DNA from: Saccostrea cucullata
Taxonomy: Eukaryota
Assembly (NCBI RefSeq): GCF_032062105.1
Contig: NW_026935665.1
Span: forward strand, 1-64,000
Length of the DNA stretch: 64,000 nucleotides
Reading direction: 5' to 3'
Shown here: positions 23,928 through 38,900 of the stretch, piece by piece
How the letters are laid out: the number at the start of each line of letters is the position of its first letter
How positions within the stretch are numbered: the first letter of the stretch is position 1
Notes under the pieces: generated by a model
Database searches by the model: none
The model's input: the letters and a program-made list of their open reading frames with translations, nothing else
Told to the model about the DNA's origin: nothing
Made by a program: the position numbers and the translations under genes

Positions 23928-26832
23928 ATGCACTCACTTCCTCTGTGGTTAGGTCTTTCTTTTGTCGCCTCTCTCGTTGAGGCTGCAACTGAATATCTTC
24001 ACAATGCCGACTTTGAGAATACAAGTTTTAATGGGAGTTGGGTTTGTGAGGATTGTATCATGACGTCATACTCAGCAGACGTTTACCATGGGAGTAAATC
24101 CATCAAAGTTATAAACAGGTGAGTTAAATGGAAGGTTTAACTGATCTGGCAGTATCAATGGATATTTTCTATGAAGGAATATATAAATCAAGTAAGCTTT
24201 CTTCGTCTTTAACTTCGTATATATGAAATTAATGAACAGTAAACAAGCTCAGAATACCACTGAAATAATATAAATTCGGAGCAGACCCCGGATCTCTAAA
24301 CAAATGTTTGATATTTTATCCTCATTAATTTGTCAATAACATGTTAATTTTTGATATTGATCGTAGGTGCTCTTGGACATCAAATTATCTGGGAGACAAA
24401 TCTCTAAAAAAAAAAAAATGAAATAACAAACACTGATCAAGCTCAAAAGCCATTGGGACAATACAAATGTCATTGTATTCACCAACGAATTCGCAACACT
24501 TTTCAACGAGAGGGTTATAATTCGATGGGACCTTCTAAATGGTGCATATATATTTTTTGAATACGGGTGGCTGCTGGCAAACTGAATTATTTTCCTATTC
24601 AACCTCCTTCCAATAAGATTTATTTTTCTAAATTACTATTAACAGCCTACCTTTTATATGATAAAGTAAGGTAAAATAAACCTAGCCCAAGGCTTTACAT
24701 GTATATGTTAAACCAAGGTAAAATAAAACTTAATTTTACCAAATGTCCTTTCTACCAGACATGACAATTCTCGCGTGATCATTGGTAATACACTGAAATG
24801 AAATACGGAGAGAAAAGTTTTAAAGTTCAAAAGTCCTTTAAAGCAATGTAAATCGGTACCAGAGCTAAAACACCTCTAAACACATCTGGGGATGGATCAG
24901 GTGCTATGGAGGAGTAAGCATTTCCTATCGACCTTAGGGCCCATTTGTTCAAGTATTATTTTTGCCCACTTTAAGACATGTTTCATACAAAAGTGAATAC
25001 TGCTACTATTTTTTATTATAAGAAAGGTTATATTTCAAAGGTCAAGGTTATCTAGTCTTGAATGAAGTGTTTTCGTCAGTGATTCCTAATTAGTTCTCCT
25101 CTTGATGAGAAGAATGATAAACTTTCGGTTCTGGATTTATTTTCATTTTTTCATTAAAGATATTGTATTTTAAATCTGAGGATTTCATATTTTTCCCCGT
25201 AAAATATACCTAGTTTTTTGTAGATTCAATTGAATCCGTTTTTAGAATTATTATGGATAAATTTTATTTACTTATTTAAATTCAGATAAGATTTTGGGAT
25301 ACTCCATTGAACGCCTTTCCAGCAATGTTATGGATATTTTCTATAAAGCGATATTACTTTCAGACAATATAACTGGTCGTCACCCCAGGACAACGTACAC
25401 GTCCCTCCCGGACACAACTATGTCGCTAGGATGTATTTCAAACTGCTTGATATGCCACACAATGTGACTACTGTAGAGGTTGATCTAATGGCTGCAGTCA
25501 ACACTCATGGTAAGTTCTAATGGAACATACGGTGTATAGTAAAATACCATGGTGTATATACGGTATCGGTAACATCCTATTGTTAATACATGCGGGTATC
25601 TGCTTAAGTAACTTGGCAACATGTTATGTAATCTGAGTAAGAACACAGTGTATGGTATGTACTTTGGGGTCCATATCTTCTTTACTGTTTTTATTTTTAA
25701 CGTCAAAGCAAAAAAAAGCCAAATAGTTTAGTCTTTACCTCACATTCTTCCCTTATGCAATTTAATCTGGTTTAACAGATATTTACAATTAGTTATCAGC
25801 CTTATCTTTTCAATGTTTCAAGGGAAAATTCACGGAATAAATGTCGCTGTACTTCCTTATCAAGAACTGAGATATGGCTGGACAGAAATAAGCGGCGATT
25901 TCTTTGTACCTGCAGGTAAAAATTAATGAGAAAATCAAAGCAAGATGACAGGATTGAAGATTATCGAAAGAGAAGTTGTTTTTAGATGCTTCTCATTATA
26001 CTTCTCTGAAAGAGAAATATTTTTTAACATTATGACCTAAATTTTCCTACAAACAAATAAAGTAACAATACTCTTTACATAAGGATATATGATAAAAATT
26101 AAATAATGTTACTAAATAAATAATGTTACTAAATAGATTTTTAAAAAAATACGAATGTAAAAAGGCTACTGACGAATATGTCGATATTGTAGGAATGTCA
26201 ACAATGGGGTTGAAAAAAGAGTTTTGTAAATTCCATAGTCGGGGTGATGTCCTTGTTAACGATTCAACCCTATTTTTAAGTCGTATTTGGCTGAAGTCTT
26301 TCATGCTAATTGTTAGACTTTATTTTATATAAAATATGACTACGAGTTGTTCTGTTTATCTACTTAATACATAAGGCTTATAACCGATGTGTCCTGTCAA
26401 CAGGGATGCTTACTCCTCTTGGGCACCTGGTTCCATCACCTGAATTTCCTTGTCCTATCCCCTGTTTAAAGATTTGTATTGTTTTTATAGATCAATCACT
26501 GTTCAATACCTTATTTTCTTCATTGGAGTTTGAACAATAAAGTTGTTAGTAATGCTACTTCTATTTTCTCTGTCAATATTTAAACTTTTACCTATTTTTA
26601 ATTTGATATTACAAAAATGTGAATGATAAAAACTCTCACTAGTCCTAGTTTATTCATATTGTTTTTATTCTCCTACTATAAAAAGTATATGAAATCAATG
26701 TTCAAATTAAAATCCTGAAATATGTTGTCTTGTGGGATTTTTTTTTTCCATTATTACTTTTCACTGCATAACATTCAAAATTTAATTATAAGCATTTATA
26801 AATGAGCTTTGTCAAAGGTTATATTTTCATGT

Positions 26833-26884
<52 letters not shown>

Positions 26885-27546
26885 CACACATAAATTTCTG
26901 AGAAAAAATCGAAAAAACTATTACAGTATGTAAAAAATAAACTTAGTAAAATTCCCTCTGCATTATCGTAGATTTAACCTTTTTAGATATAAAAGTACTA
27001 GTACTAGATTTTGAAATTGTTCTTGAAAAGCATTGATATTGATATTTATTTATTATTTTATCGTGTCTATTTAAAACCTGCTTTATAAGATATTGTGCTA
27101 TTTTGTCAATTAAAACCATCAGTAATCATTATATTTAAGACATTATGCCAAGAATTTCGTTTTGTTGATTACATATTTAACAATTACTAACTTTGAGGGT
27201 AACTTAAAAATGTTTGAACATTTCGATATAAAATATCAGCCTATCAAAATTATCCATGAAAAAATAACTTAATCCCTACTACTGTGTACTAGTACTTCCC
27301 CAGCATTTATATAAGGTCAGTACTTTCTTTTATGCATTACTCTGCAACCGTTACTTTATTCAATTGGCCCTTTCAATAGGTACAACCAGTGTGAAGTTAT
27401 TCCTTCAAGTAACCGAGCCTTCTGTTGACTACTTACTGGATGACTGCAGTTTACAACAGCTTCCTCATATTCAACACTGGCATTCTGATGCTGTCAGTAG
27501 AATAAGTAACATCAGGAAGACGTCTGTGTCGCTCAGGTATCAATAA
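23928..27546 (+). CDS. Diverged xylanase paralogue with only signal peptide + CBM (exons 1-4); ~198 aa if exon 4 reads through to TAA
   Basis: Exons 23928-24118, 25364-25509, 25823-25915 and 27380-27536 have the same lengths and phases as exons 1-4 of the full gene, with no stops. Read-through of the exon-4 donor gives ..VSLRYQ* (TAA 27544-27546). No GH10 exons were seen downstream in the window. Confidence 0.75.
26838..26882. repeat. (TA)n microsatellite
   Basis: Perfect TA run. Confidence 0.95.
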
Positions 27547-28129
27547 AATAGTAAAAAAGAATGGAATTGATAACCATTTTAAAAAGGTAATGACTAGAAG
27601 ATATGGCGTAAAAGAAGTCGAACATGAGTTATCGTTCATATAATGAGTTATCGTTCATAAGATGCGTAATACGTCATCACTAGAGACCTATTCACTCGTA
27701 CATGGAATATTCCACATGCATTAAAATAAACAGAAATAAAATAAAAATTCTTTAATAATATATAATACATATTCGGTTGGTAATTTATTTCTTATTTCAT
27801 CTGTAATTTACAATGGGGTTATTATATATAAATCCGTATGCTGGAAAATGGAAATGTCAGTAAATATAAACAATTTATCAATATAAATTATGGATAAATT
27901 ATAGACTAGCGTGGATTGATTTTAATGAAAAATAAAAGGAGTTGAGGTATAGTGCTTGATATATTTTCCTTTTATATATTTATTTGTATTTCGGTTAATG
28001 CAGTTTGGTACTGTGTATTGTGAATGGAGAATGCGCGTGGGGGGGGGGGTATTACCTACTGGAGACAGGCATCTATCGTTAAATGTGGTCCTGTAAGAAA
28101 CGAAAACCAAACGTGTTTAAATGCTGCAA

Positions 28130-28793
28130 TAAGTTCCTCGCTCCAATTTTTCACTCATGGGAACACTAACAATTGCCGTTGGAAAGCTGCTCGACACTCT
28201 GGGTCACTGAACAGTGAAGGACCTTTTTCGTGCCAGCACCAACAGCGACAGGGAGGGGTGGAGCGGTTGTTTGTCAGAGTTAAGGAGCCCACAACCACAC
28301 TAAAATTATTGAATTATTAAATCTTATGCTTATATTGTAAAGAAAAGGGGGCCCTGGTCCTCTGCACAGTGAGGGATCTTTTTCGTGCCAGCGACAAGGG
28401 ACCTCGGTTTATACGGTCTCATTGGAGGACCGGTCTCCACGTCCTTCAGATGGATTCAAACCTGCAACACAATGATTATCTCCTAAATCAGCGACTTGAA
28501 AGCAGACTTTCTTATTACTGTTTCACACGGCGACGCAGATTTCAGTGGAGAATCCATGAATCTTGAAAGGGGAAAAGGGGGGGGGATGCTGTTGTTTATC
28601 AGAGTTAAGAGTTTGTCAGTATTAAAACATACAGAAATATAATAAATATTTTTGATAATATTTATTCGATTGGTAAATTACATTTTATTAAAATTAAAAA
28701 TTATTGAATTATTAAATCATATGTATATATTCGACAGAAAAAGGGGACCGGGGTGGGGGGGGGGGGCACTAACCTCTAAACTAATCCGCCAGT
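28130..28793. mobile_element. Cluster of decayed SINE fragments and a G-rich MITE remnant
   Basis: SINE core pieces at ~28130-28250 and ~28370-28470; CAGTGGAGAATCCA ... TAATCCGCCAGTG TIR-like ends at ~28544-28793. Confidence 0.45.
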
Positions 28794-29779
28794 GTAATTG
28801 AATGACTATTATACTGAGGTTGTGAGATAGAAATAATTATTTTCTTATTCTAATTAGAAACTTATACCTATACAACAACCACTAATAAGAAATCTGGTAT
28901 TGTTTCACAGGAATATCCAGCTTAGCGATAAGACTTAATTTCTCACAAAACTCAAGATTTTTCCCCCACGAGGCATATCCTAACGCAATAGAGCAAGGGA
29001 TACGTAAATCTACAAATCCTACATTTCTCGCTATTCGGCAGTTACTACTTTTCTGGGTCTGGTATACCTGATATTTCACACTAGATAATTCGAGTGAATT
29101 TTTTTTCTCATGTGATCCAAAGTACAAATATATGACATTGTGCTTACTTTATTTATATTTCTTCACTTAGGGCAGTGATGTTTGTTTAATACTTGTTGTA
29201 AAATATGATTGAAATATAAAAAAAAAAAAATAATTAAACTAATTATAAAGTCCAAATTACTAGATTTCATTTCTTATCTAATGACCATGTATTGAAGGGC
29301 AGCCCCGCGAGAATTCCGAAGCATTTAGGTTATAATGTATAGCGACCATTTTACGTACCTAATAAATGAATGGTCTGATAGTTTAAATCTTGATAAAATT
29401 TTGAAGATGGTATCAAATAATGCTTCACTGAGAATTGTACAAAACTTTGATTTTTGTCCAATTAATTGCACCTTGAATTTTACATAAATTGAAGTTCTAT
29501 GGGCTGCACATGTTTTTATTTAAGATATTGTAAAAAAGTTATTTGATCTGCAAACAAATATCTTTGTAAATATTTGAATAAACTATATCTTTATCAAGTT
29601 AAGATACTTTGAGAAATAATAATTTTTCTTCTTTTCATCAATTGCAGATAACTCTTCATAAACCTTTAAGGTGGAATGTCACACCGACTTTTTATTTTAA
29701 AGATCTTTGAGTCATCCTTTTTAAACAATTGTTTCAGCACTGAAAGGCTGATATTAGCTCTTGATTATTTATATTAATT

Positions 29780-30552
29780 TTTTGCAGTTTGACCCATTTG
29801 TCATGAAAATTATAAACTTTTACTTTGGCCATATCTTTTGAACAGTAGATGCCAAGACATTTATACTTCACATATGTAATCTTTTTTGAATGACCTTTCA
29901 TTTGATACCAACAGCCTTGATCCTTTGACCTTGAACTTGTAGATTTCCGTACTTGTGAAGAAACTTTAACCTTGGCTATAACTTTTGAACGGTAGGGAAT
30001 AGGACTTTCATACTTCAAATACTTCAAATACTTGATCTTTGTGAGAAGTTAATTCATTGGATACCGAGAATTTTGATCCTTTGACCTTTAAGATTGACCT
30101 ACTTTAAAAAAGCAAACATTGACCATAACTTTTTAAGTATTATGGCTAGTGCTTTCATACTTAACATATTTAATCCTTGTGAGAAGTTACTTCATTGGAT
30201 ACCAAGAACATTGACCCTTTGACCTTGACGTTGGAGTTTGACCTTCTTTTTAATAAATAACCTAGGTCATAACTTCTGACCGGTTAGGGTTAGGGCTTTT
30301 ATACTCTATATAAGAATTCTATGTGGCAAGACCTTTCATTTTGATACCAATTACATTGACATTTTTGCCTTGACCTTAGAGATTTTTGTACTTATAAAAA
30401 AAACCTTTAACATTTTCACAAATTTCACAATTGTTTTCCGTTGAGAATACCTTATTTTTGGTAATTATTAATTAAATTTGCATTTAAAAAAAGCTTAATA
30501 TTTGCTATGTTGCCATATGGGGGCATCAGTGCTACACAAACACATCTTGTTT
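29780..30552 (-). mobile_element. Partial Helentron-type element with TTGACCTT repeats
   Basis: Same internal repeat family as 14885-16743; terminus GGGGGCATCAGTGCTACACAAACACATCTTGTTT. Confidence 0.7.
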
Positions 30553-30639
30553 ATTAGGTATTCATATGATGCATTCATTTACAGCAAATTATTTTAAAAG
30601 AAAGCATCTAATTTGGATGTAAATAATCATAATCCTACA

Positions 30640-32340
30640 TGTCATTCATTGCTGATGATTTATTTTAGATTGAAATTATTACCATGATCTTAAAAGGGTT
30701 TTCCTACCTACCTGTAGCTTGTACCAGCTAATAATTCGACATCGAACTCGGCAACTCCTTCCCTTTTACGGAAATTAAAAAGATCAGTTTAACCTGAAGA
30801 TATGTCCCCGATCTCAGAGCTTTCTATCACCTACCTGTACCTTGTACCAGATAAGAATACGACAAAATATTCGTCTTATTCCAACCTGTCTGTCATAGAT
30901 TCTAATTTATTTTATACTGAAATTATTACCCTGATCTTACTTGGCAACTCCTTACCTGTTATGGAGATTCAAAAGATAGGTTTAACATGAAGATATGTCC
31001 CTGATCTTCGAGCTTCTTCTCACCTACCTGTACCTTGTATCAGATAAGAATACGGCCAAAATATTGGTCATATTCCTACGTGTCTTTCATAGATGCTGAT
31101 TAATTTTATACTGAATTTCTTACCCTGATCTTACTAGGCAACTCCTCACCTTTTATGGACATTTAAAGGATAGGTTAAACATGAAGATATGTCCCTGATC
31201 TCAGAGCTTTCTCTCACCTACCTGTACCTTGTACCAGATTAGAATACGACAAAATATTCGTCTTATTCCAACCTGTCTTTCATAGATTCTGATTTACTTT
31301 ATACAGAAATTATTACCCTGGTCTTACTCGGCAACTCCTTACCTGTTATGGAGATTCAAAAGATAGGTTTTACATGAAGATATGTCCCTGATCTCAGAGC
31401 TTTCTCTCACCTACCTGTACCTTGTACCAGATAAGAATACGGCCAAAATATTCGTCTTATTCCAACCTGTCTTCCATAGATTCTGATTTATTTTATACAG
31501 AAATTATTACCCTGGTCTTACCCGGCAACTCCTTACCTGTTATGGAGATACAAATGATCGATTTAACATGTAGATATTCCCCTGATCTCAGAGCTTTCTC
31601 TCACCTACTTGTACCTTGTACTAGATAAGAATACGAAAAAATATTCGTCATATTCCTACCTGTCTTTCATAGATACTGATTAATTTTATACTGAATTTCT
31701 TACCCTGATCTTACTAGGCAACTCCTCACCTTTTATGGACATTTAAAGGATAGGTTAAACATGAAGATATGTCCCTGATCTCAGAGCTTTCTCTCACCTA
31801 CCTGTACCTTGTACCAGATAAGAATACGACAAAATATTCGTCTTATTCCAACCTGTCTTTCATAGATTCTGATTTACTTTATACAGAAATTATTACCCTG
31901 GTCTTACTCGGCAACTCCTAACCTGTTATGGAGATTCAAAAGATAGGTTTAACATGAAGATATGTCCTTGATCTCAGAGCTTTCTCTCACCTACCTGTAC
32001 CCTGTACCAGATTTGAATACATTAAAATATTTGTCATAATCCTACCTATCATTCATGGATGCTGATTTATTTTATACTGAATTTCTTACCCTGATCTTAC
32101 TAGGCAACTCCTTACCTGTTATGGAGATTCAAAACATAGGTTTAACCTGAAGATATGTCCCTGATCTCAAAGCTTTCTTTCACCTACCTGTACCTTGTAC
32201 CAGATAAGAATACGACAATATATTCGCTATATCCCTTCCTGTGTTTCATAGATGTTGATTTATTTTATATCATAATTACCCTTATGTTGGAGGGTTCCTC
32301 TAACCTACCTGTATCTTGTACTAGCTTGTAATCCAGGACG
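30640..32340 (+). repeat. 193-bp satellite array 1 (~8 monomers plus degenerate edges)
   Basis: GATCTCAGAGCTTTCTCTCACCTACCTGTACCTTGTACCAG recurs every 193 bp. Confidence 0.95.
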
Positions 32341-35300
32341 AAATTAGAACCAGGTTTCAGTTCACTTACCTCTAATCAATTTTAGTATTATTACCACCCT
32401 ACCCTTTAGACACATTAGAATATAATACACTTATAATAGATATCAGAATTTACTTCTCACACCTATAAAAGGCCACATACCATATTCTGGTACTTTAACT
32501 AACCTACCTGTCAAAAAATACTTGATAAGAACACTACTACCTGAAACATGTACCATACTTTAGTTCAACTTCCTTCAACAAGTATAAGATATATACAGTA
32601 TACAATCAAAATCTAGTCCTTGAACCATCAGTCCTCTTATATATACCTAAGTTAAACACACCTAACTCTTACAGGTACCAGATATGTATACAATGTACTT
32701 CTAGTATTTTAAGCCTCCTAACTCCGACAGGTGTCTGATTTTAAAATACCTACCTGTAAGAGGTGATACTATTTCTACCTCTAACTAGTACTTGGCTATT
32801 GTCAACTGAACTACAGCAAGAAAGATGGGAATATTATTGAAAATATTTCCAATAGGTACCAAAACATTGTCAAAATGTATTTGTCAAGTGCCTTTTATCA
32901 CATGAAATAGCCTGCGTCTTGGATATTGGCCTGAACAGCAAGTCGGTAGAGCACTTGTATTAAGTGATGCAAGGGTTCAGAGTTAGATTCCTAGACCAGC
33001 CATAAATTTTTTCCTTACCATTACATCATGTAAATCTCGAGTCTATGGAGAGAACAATCATGGACATTTATGTCTGCTATTCATTCAAATTCAATGAATA
33101 TAGTATATTTTAAATCAAATCTCTAATCTATAATGAAATACTCAATTCTAATTACATATACTCTCCTCCAATGACTTCAACAAATTTATGACACTTATGT
33201 GTAACTCTTTTCGAAAGTAATTTATGGCATAGTTTTGATAAGTTCAAATCAACTGAATTTAAGAAATGTTTTTGCACTGGTTTTGCATGCATGTTAATAT
33301 ATATCAAGATAGGACTTTCCCATAAATTTTTCAATTTAGATGAATCGATTTTCATAAGTATTTGAAACAATATCCTTTTTCATTTCCTACTCCGCATTTA
33401 AATATAAGCCACAGTGTAAAGTCAATTAAACTATAGAACAGTTCAAAATCACTGAAAAATTGAATTGGAACATAAATAACAAATATCAGGTAAATCTACA
33501 TGCACTTGATGGTGTATTTTTATTTTTTATCTCAGATATGCCACATGGTTCATTTCACATTTTTCTGCATCTATTTCAGACTTACTTCCATTTCCTCCTA
33601 CGCCTTATCAAGGCCATTGATCACAGATACTTATCAATCATTAATTTAGGTAAATAGCATGCTAAAGTTCAATTACTATATACTATATATATTATATTTA
33701 TAATCCCTTTAATGCTGTGTATCCAACAATGCAAATGTAAATTTTTTTGTTTATGTTTTGTATCAATATTGATAAAAATATTCAATACATGTATGTTCTA
33801 ATATTAAGTAGATCATAATTCAGGTCATTGTTACATCTTATCAGTTTCAGAACATTACAAATTTAAATACAGGTTGAAGTAAATGCTTTTTTCAGAAATG
33901 TTAAATCATATACCCTATTAGCTATAATTGTAAAATCAATATTATTAATTTTATGTTCCTTAGTTCTCCTGCCAAATGACTGAGCTTTTTTTTGTTAAAA
34001 GCAGGCAAAAACAAATAACATCAAGTAGAAGTAAAATATGTCATTTATAATTGTAAATGACGGAAAGGTAAACACAGTTAATGAAATTGGGGTCATTAAA
34101 AGGAGGACGCAAATATAGAGTATTACACATGTTAGTCAAAATATTAAACAATCTGACCCCCAGAACCATAATGACATTGTAACATGATGTACATAGGCAA
34201 AAGGGGGGTCAACCAGACTAGAATAAGAATTCAAACCCTGTAATCTTTCACAAATTACAATATACATGTATTTCAAGTTGACCCCCTTATAAACATCATA
34301 AGTTCCGAAGACATATACAAAATGCTCAAAACTGCTGCCTGCCATCAAAAAAGGTGGGAAAACAAAATAACAAACAGCCAATAACAAAGCAATCAGATAG
34401 GCATTAAATTGAACACAAAAAATGCTTCCCTCACCGCTGAGGAAAAAATATATATAAAAAGTAACACTGATTAATGTTTAAAAATCAAAAGGAAAGCTGC
34501 AGACAGAAGCAAATTTGCGAGGTACACAAAATGAATGGCGGACTCAATCTCAGTAATCTAATACATGGAATTGCTATTTATTACAATGTACAAAAATTTA
34601 CTTTTTCAGTTAGAACGTCCGCTGGAGAATGAATATTAAAAATCACTTTATCCCATTCGAACACTATCATAAAAAGATGGTTAAAACATAACAAAAATGT
34701 CAACCTGAAAGAAATAACAAGCATTGGTGGCAGATGGGGTGGATGGTGGGTTAAAAAAAATTCAGCAGTTCAATAAACCATGCTTTCTCTTTTGGTAAAT
34801 GGATCAATAATGATCACGTGATGGATAAGAATGACAATATGTACAATACAGATACTGTTATATTATAACATTATTAAACAAGAACATGTCACGTAAATGA
34901 AATTATTTGCAATGATTACTTTTTTTCGCTTTACAGAAAATTAACTCCATTTTAAGAAACATCAAGTTGATATGCATTTCAGATTCTATAAATAGTAACT
35001 CAAGTCTATATGCTGTTATATACTTAATCATGTGACCAACTTTAAGCCAATCAGAGGGATTGGAATATTATGATTAAAATAATATGTTCTAATATATAAC
35101 AAGGCACTTAAAGTAAATCATATACAAATTGCAATTTTACAAAACCTTCATGATAAAAAATTGAAGTGCCAATATTTAATTATATTGAAATGGTTTATTT
35201 AAATATGAAAAGACTGCAAAGTAGTTTTTGTTTGCATGTGCTCCTTGGATTTAAAAATCCCTAATAACATTTCTTATGTAGTTAGCTACTACATTAGGCA

Positions 35301-35360
35301 AAAATAAAGAGCCATGGACACATACACTAATACACATCCACACCAAAAACAAAAAAAGGT

Positions 35361-35712
35361 TTATGAACTCTTCGGGTAAAGGCGGCACTCAGCTTCAGAT
35401 GAGGACAAATTCCATAACAGTGCCGCGAGCAAAATCTCCCCTTCAACAAACAAAACATCCCTGAAATACTGCAGTCCTTCATTCATATTTTGGCCCATCC
35501 TGTAAGACAGAAAAATAAGATGATGCAATTATATTCATTTGCTTGTGAATTGATGTAGTTGACCCAAATGACAACCTTCATTCAGAATTCAATTATTACT
35601 GCTTTATGAACTTGAATTTAAAAACTACTGAAAATAATATTATTATTTTTATGGTGTCTTCTTTTTTTTATGCGGGAATATATGCCATCAGATTTGAATT
35701 TGGATTACATGT

Positions 35713-35771
<59 letters not shown>

Positions 35772-35855
35772 TATTTGGCTGTGTATTCTTTTTAGCGCTT
35801 TTGGCGGAAAGGAACTTCCGCTAATATATATAAATAAGAACATTGAGAAATGCGC

Positions 35856-35941
<86 letters not shown>

Positions 35942-38900
35942 TCTCTTCCTGACACAAAATCAATGAAAATTAACCTCCCACAAAAAGTGGTAACTTCTTA
36001 ACTAGAGTTCATTTTTAAAATTTGCCACTTCTGTCTAGAAAATGAACAGAAACTGCCGGTGGACCAACCAATAGACAGCAGCAAAGCAATATGGCCTCCC
36101 TTCTTCAATAGGGAGGGGAGGGGAATAAATTAATGAATAAAATTTATACATAACTTTTGGATGTTTGTATATACATCATATTTCGAACATTGTATAATAT
36201 ACAGAAAAACTTGTTCTTTCAAAATGCAACCATTGCAAATAAATTTTCAGGATACAAAATTCCCTATTTGGGAACATGTTTATCAATTAAATTTATTAAA
36301 AGGATAATAACGGTGGTAGTGCATTAAGCAAGATATTGATGTACTTCAAAAGAATTTTTTCTGCTTCTTTCACTGAAAGTGAGGGATATCAACTTTGCAA
36401 GTTTTTTTTCTGTCAGTCTTTCAGTTTGTATTTCTGTCTGTCTGTAATACTTTTATTTTTGTTCAAATTATCTCTTTTATTCCTATGGCCTGAGGTAGAC
36501 CCCTGCAGATTGCAAGTTCAGAAAGTCAAAGGTCATGGTTGTAAACTATTACATTCAACTTTCCTTTGCAGTGATATCCCAACAAGCTTTTGATTGTTTT
36601 CATTAATTTTTATACATCATTAATGCCTATGGCCCTGCCTGCCCTTCTCAAAGTTCCCCTCTTGACTCCAGTCCCCTAGATCTGTGCATCCTCTCCTTTT
36701 TCCCTGAAGTTGGGGACACTGATTCTCTAATTTAGCTTGATATCTTATTTTTTTCTATATACAGTCAATCTTCGTTATCTAGAACACTGATACCTCTATT
36801 ACCATGGAGATGCAATGTGATTAGGATACCTCAAAAGCTTATTCCTTCATTATTCTACTTTGGATATCTCTAACCCTCAGATGTCTAAATTTTATTTCTC
36901 AATCCCATCAGGTTCCAAATGAAGAATTTCAATAGAGATACAAGTTATTTATTCTGGTGAAGTTTGTACTATTAAAAGTTACTGATGCCACACAACATAC
37001 AGCAGACAGAAATTAGGGACTCATTGAGCTTTGTTCCGAAAAGATTATGAGAACCTTAGGCCTAATTGCAGGAAAAAGTCTCTGATATAGGTTATGCATT
37101 ATGTAATCAAGGATGACAAAATATTTTTCTCTCTTTCTCTCTTACGAAATTGAACAATTTAAAAACAATTCAAATTTAAAAGGAAGAATAAAGGTAGCAA
37201 GTAAACACATACTCATCTTCGAGTGTAGCCATGAGAATTCTGTTGGTGTCATCCTTCATGGACAAATAGTGACCATGGCAGTAACCTATTCTTCTGAAGT
37301 TGGAAATAAGATACATGGAAACATCAATATGAGGAACTTATGTCAATTACCATTGTGATAAAAGAAATATGTATATAAAAGAGGCCCAAGGGCCTTAACT
37401 CTCACCATATAATGTAATGATCTATAGATCAAAATAAAAAAACTGATAAATGAAATTTACAATTTTTGTTTCCCTTTACCCATAGATGATATATGTCGAA
37501 ATTGGTCGAACTGTTTCAAAGGATATTAAGCTGAAAATTTTTCAAATTTTTCAAATTTAACATCAATGCTCCATTGCATGCACAACATGTGGAGAAAACA
37601 GATAGAAAGCAATAGTGGCGAAAATTTACTATCTGGGAAAAATGCATGAAAAAAATGAACTTACATGATTGATTTAGGCTTGAACACCCCAAACTCTCCC
37701 AAAATCAAAGCATTCAATTCTGGTAAACCCTATAGATTGAATAAAATATTTGGTTTGAAATTATAATTTTATCAATATATAAAAGCACATACATATTTGA
37801 TTTCACTAATGACTAATTAATACTAATTCCTTGCTTTTTCATTTTAGGATAGTTAGTTGTATTAAAATCTGATAATCTCTTTTGATACATATGAACAAAT
37901 GATACCTTTCCAAAAAATTTTGCTCTCTCCTCAATTCCCTTCTCCGAATTTCTGAGTTCCAAGGCTTCATTGAGGGGCTGTCTTTGAACCCATCTGATAT
38001 GCCTCCAGTGTGGTTCATAGCAGCTTTAATTAATTTTATAGAACGTCAAATAAAAAAAATCATCAAATGGGCAACTTTAATTAGAGATATTGTATTGTAG
38101 CTGATCTACCAAATTAAAATATAATAATTCCACCAGCAAAATTCTACAGTGCCTAGTACTTTCTCCATTAAACTTTAAAGTTAAAAAGGTTAAATGTAGA
38201 TAGTTTAAAGAATAACCCATCCTTTTGGCATTCATAATCTTTGTACAAGTTTCTCTGTAAAAGAATTATGGAACTGCCTTTCATTCTACACCATAATTTT
38301 CTACCAGTGTACCACCAAGAGATACAGATAAATATTGCCAACTCAGGGTAAATCATCAAAAATCAATCAATTTACCATCAATATTTAACTTCTGTTAGTA
38401 ATTTTCATTTAAGACATATGTACATTCAAATGCCTTAAGTTCCAACTTTTGATAATTATGTATTAGAGTAATACACTCATGACATGACTGATTGATAAAC
38501 TGAATGGTATTTAACATCCCATATGAGTATTTCTGTAATGGGGCATTAATTATGACACCTCCTAAGGTCAAAACAATATTTGTAGAAGTATGACCTTCAA
38601 ATGTCACCTGAACAAAATTGCACAGACAAATGGATAACTATTCAGGCAAGTGATTCTTTAATATATATCCCCAAAACTATGTCGGGTTTAATCAATTAAA
38701 ACATTTGCATCAGGTATATAAAACTATCAGGAATCCTTACTTTGAATTGCCTTCTTTTAAACAAACCACCTCTTTCAGTCTTTCCTTAATGTGATCTTCA
38801 AACTGTAAAGCCATAAATTTTAATTTCATATTAAGATGGTACATGTACAGTTCAAACCAGTTGCTCTAAATTTAGTTTCTTTGAGATTCATGGAAGTTAC

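Noticed and set aside
32925-33005. tRNA gene (also 50760-50855)
   Set aside because: Only degenerate A/B boxes and no closable cloverleaf; these are SINE heads.
35606-35963. ORFs with IYIYIY runs
   Set aside because: Translations of (TA)n microsatellites.
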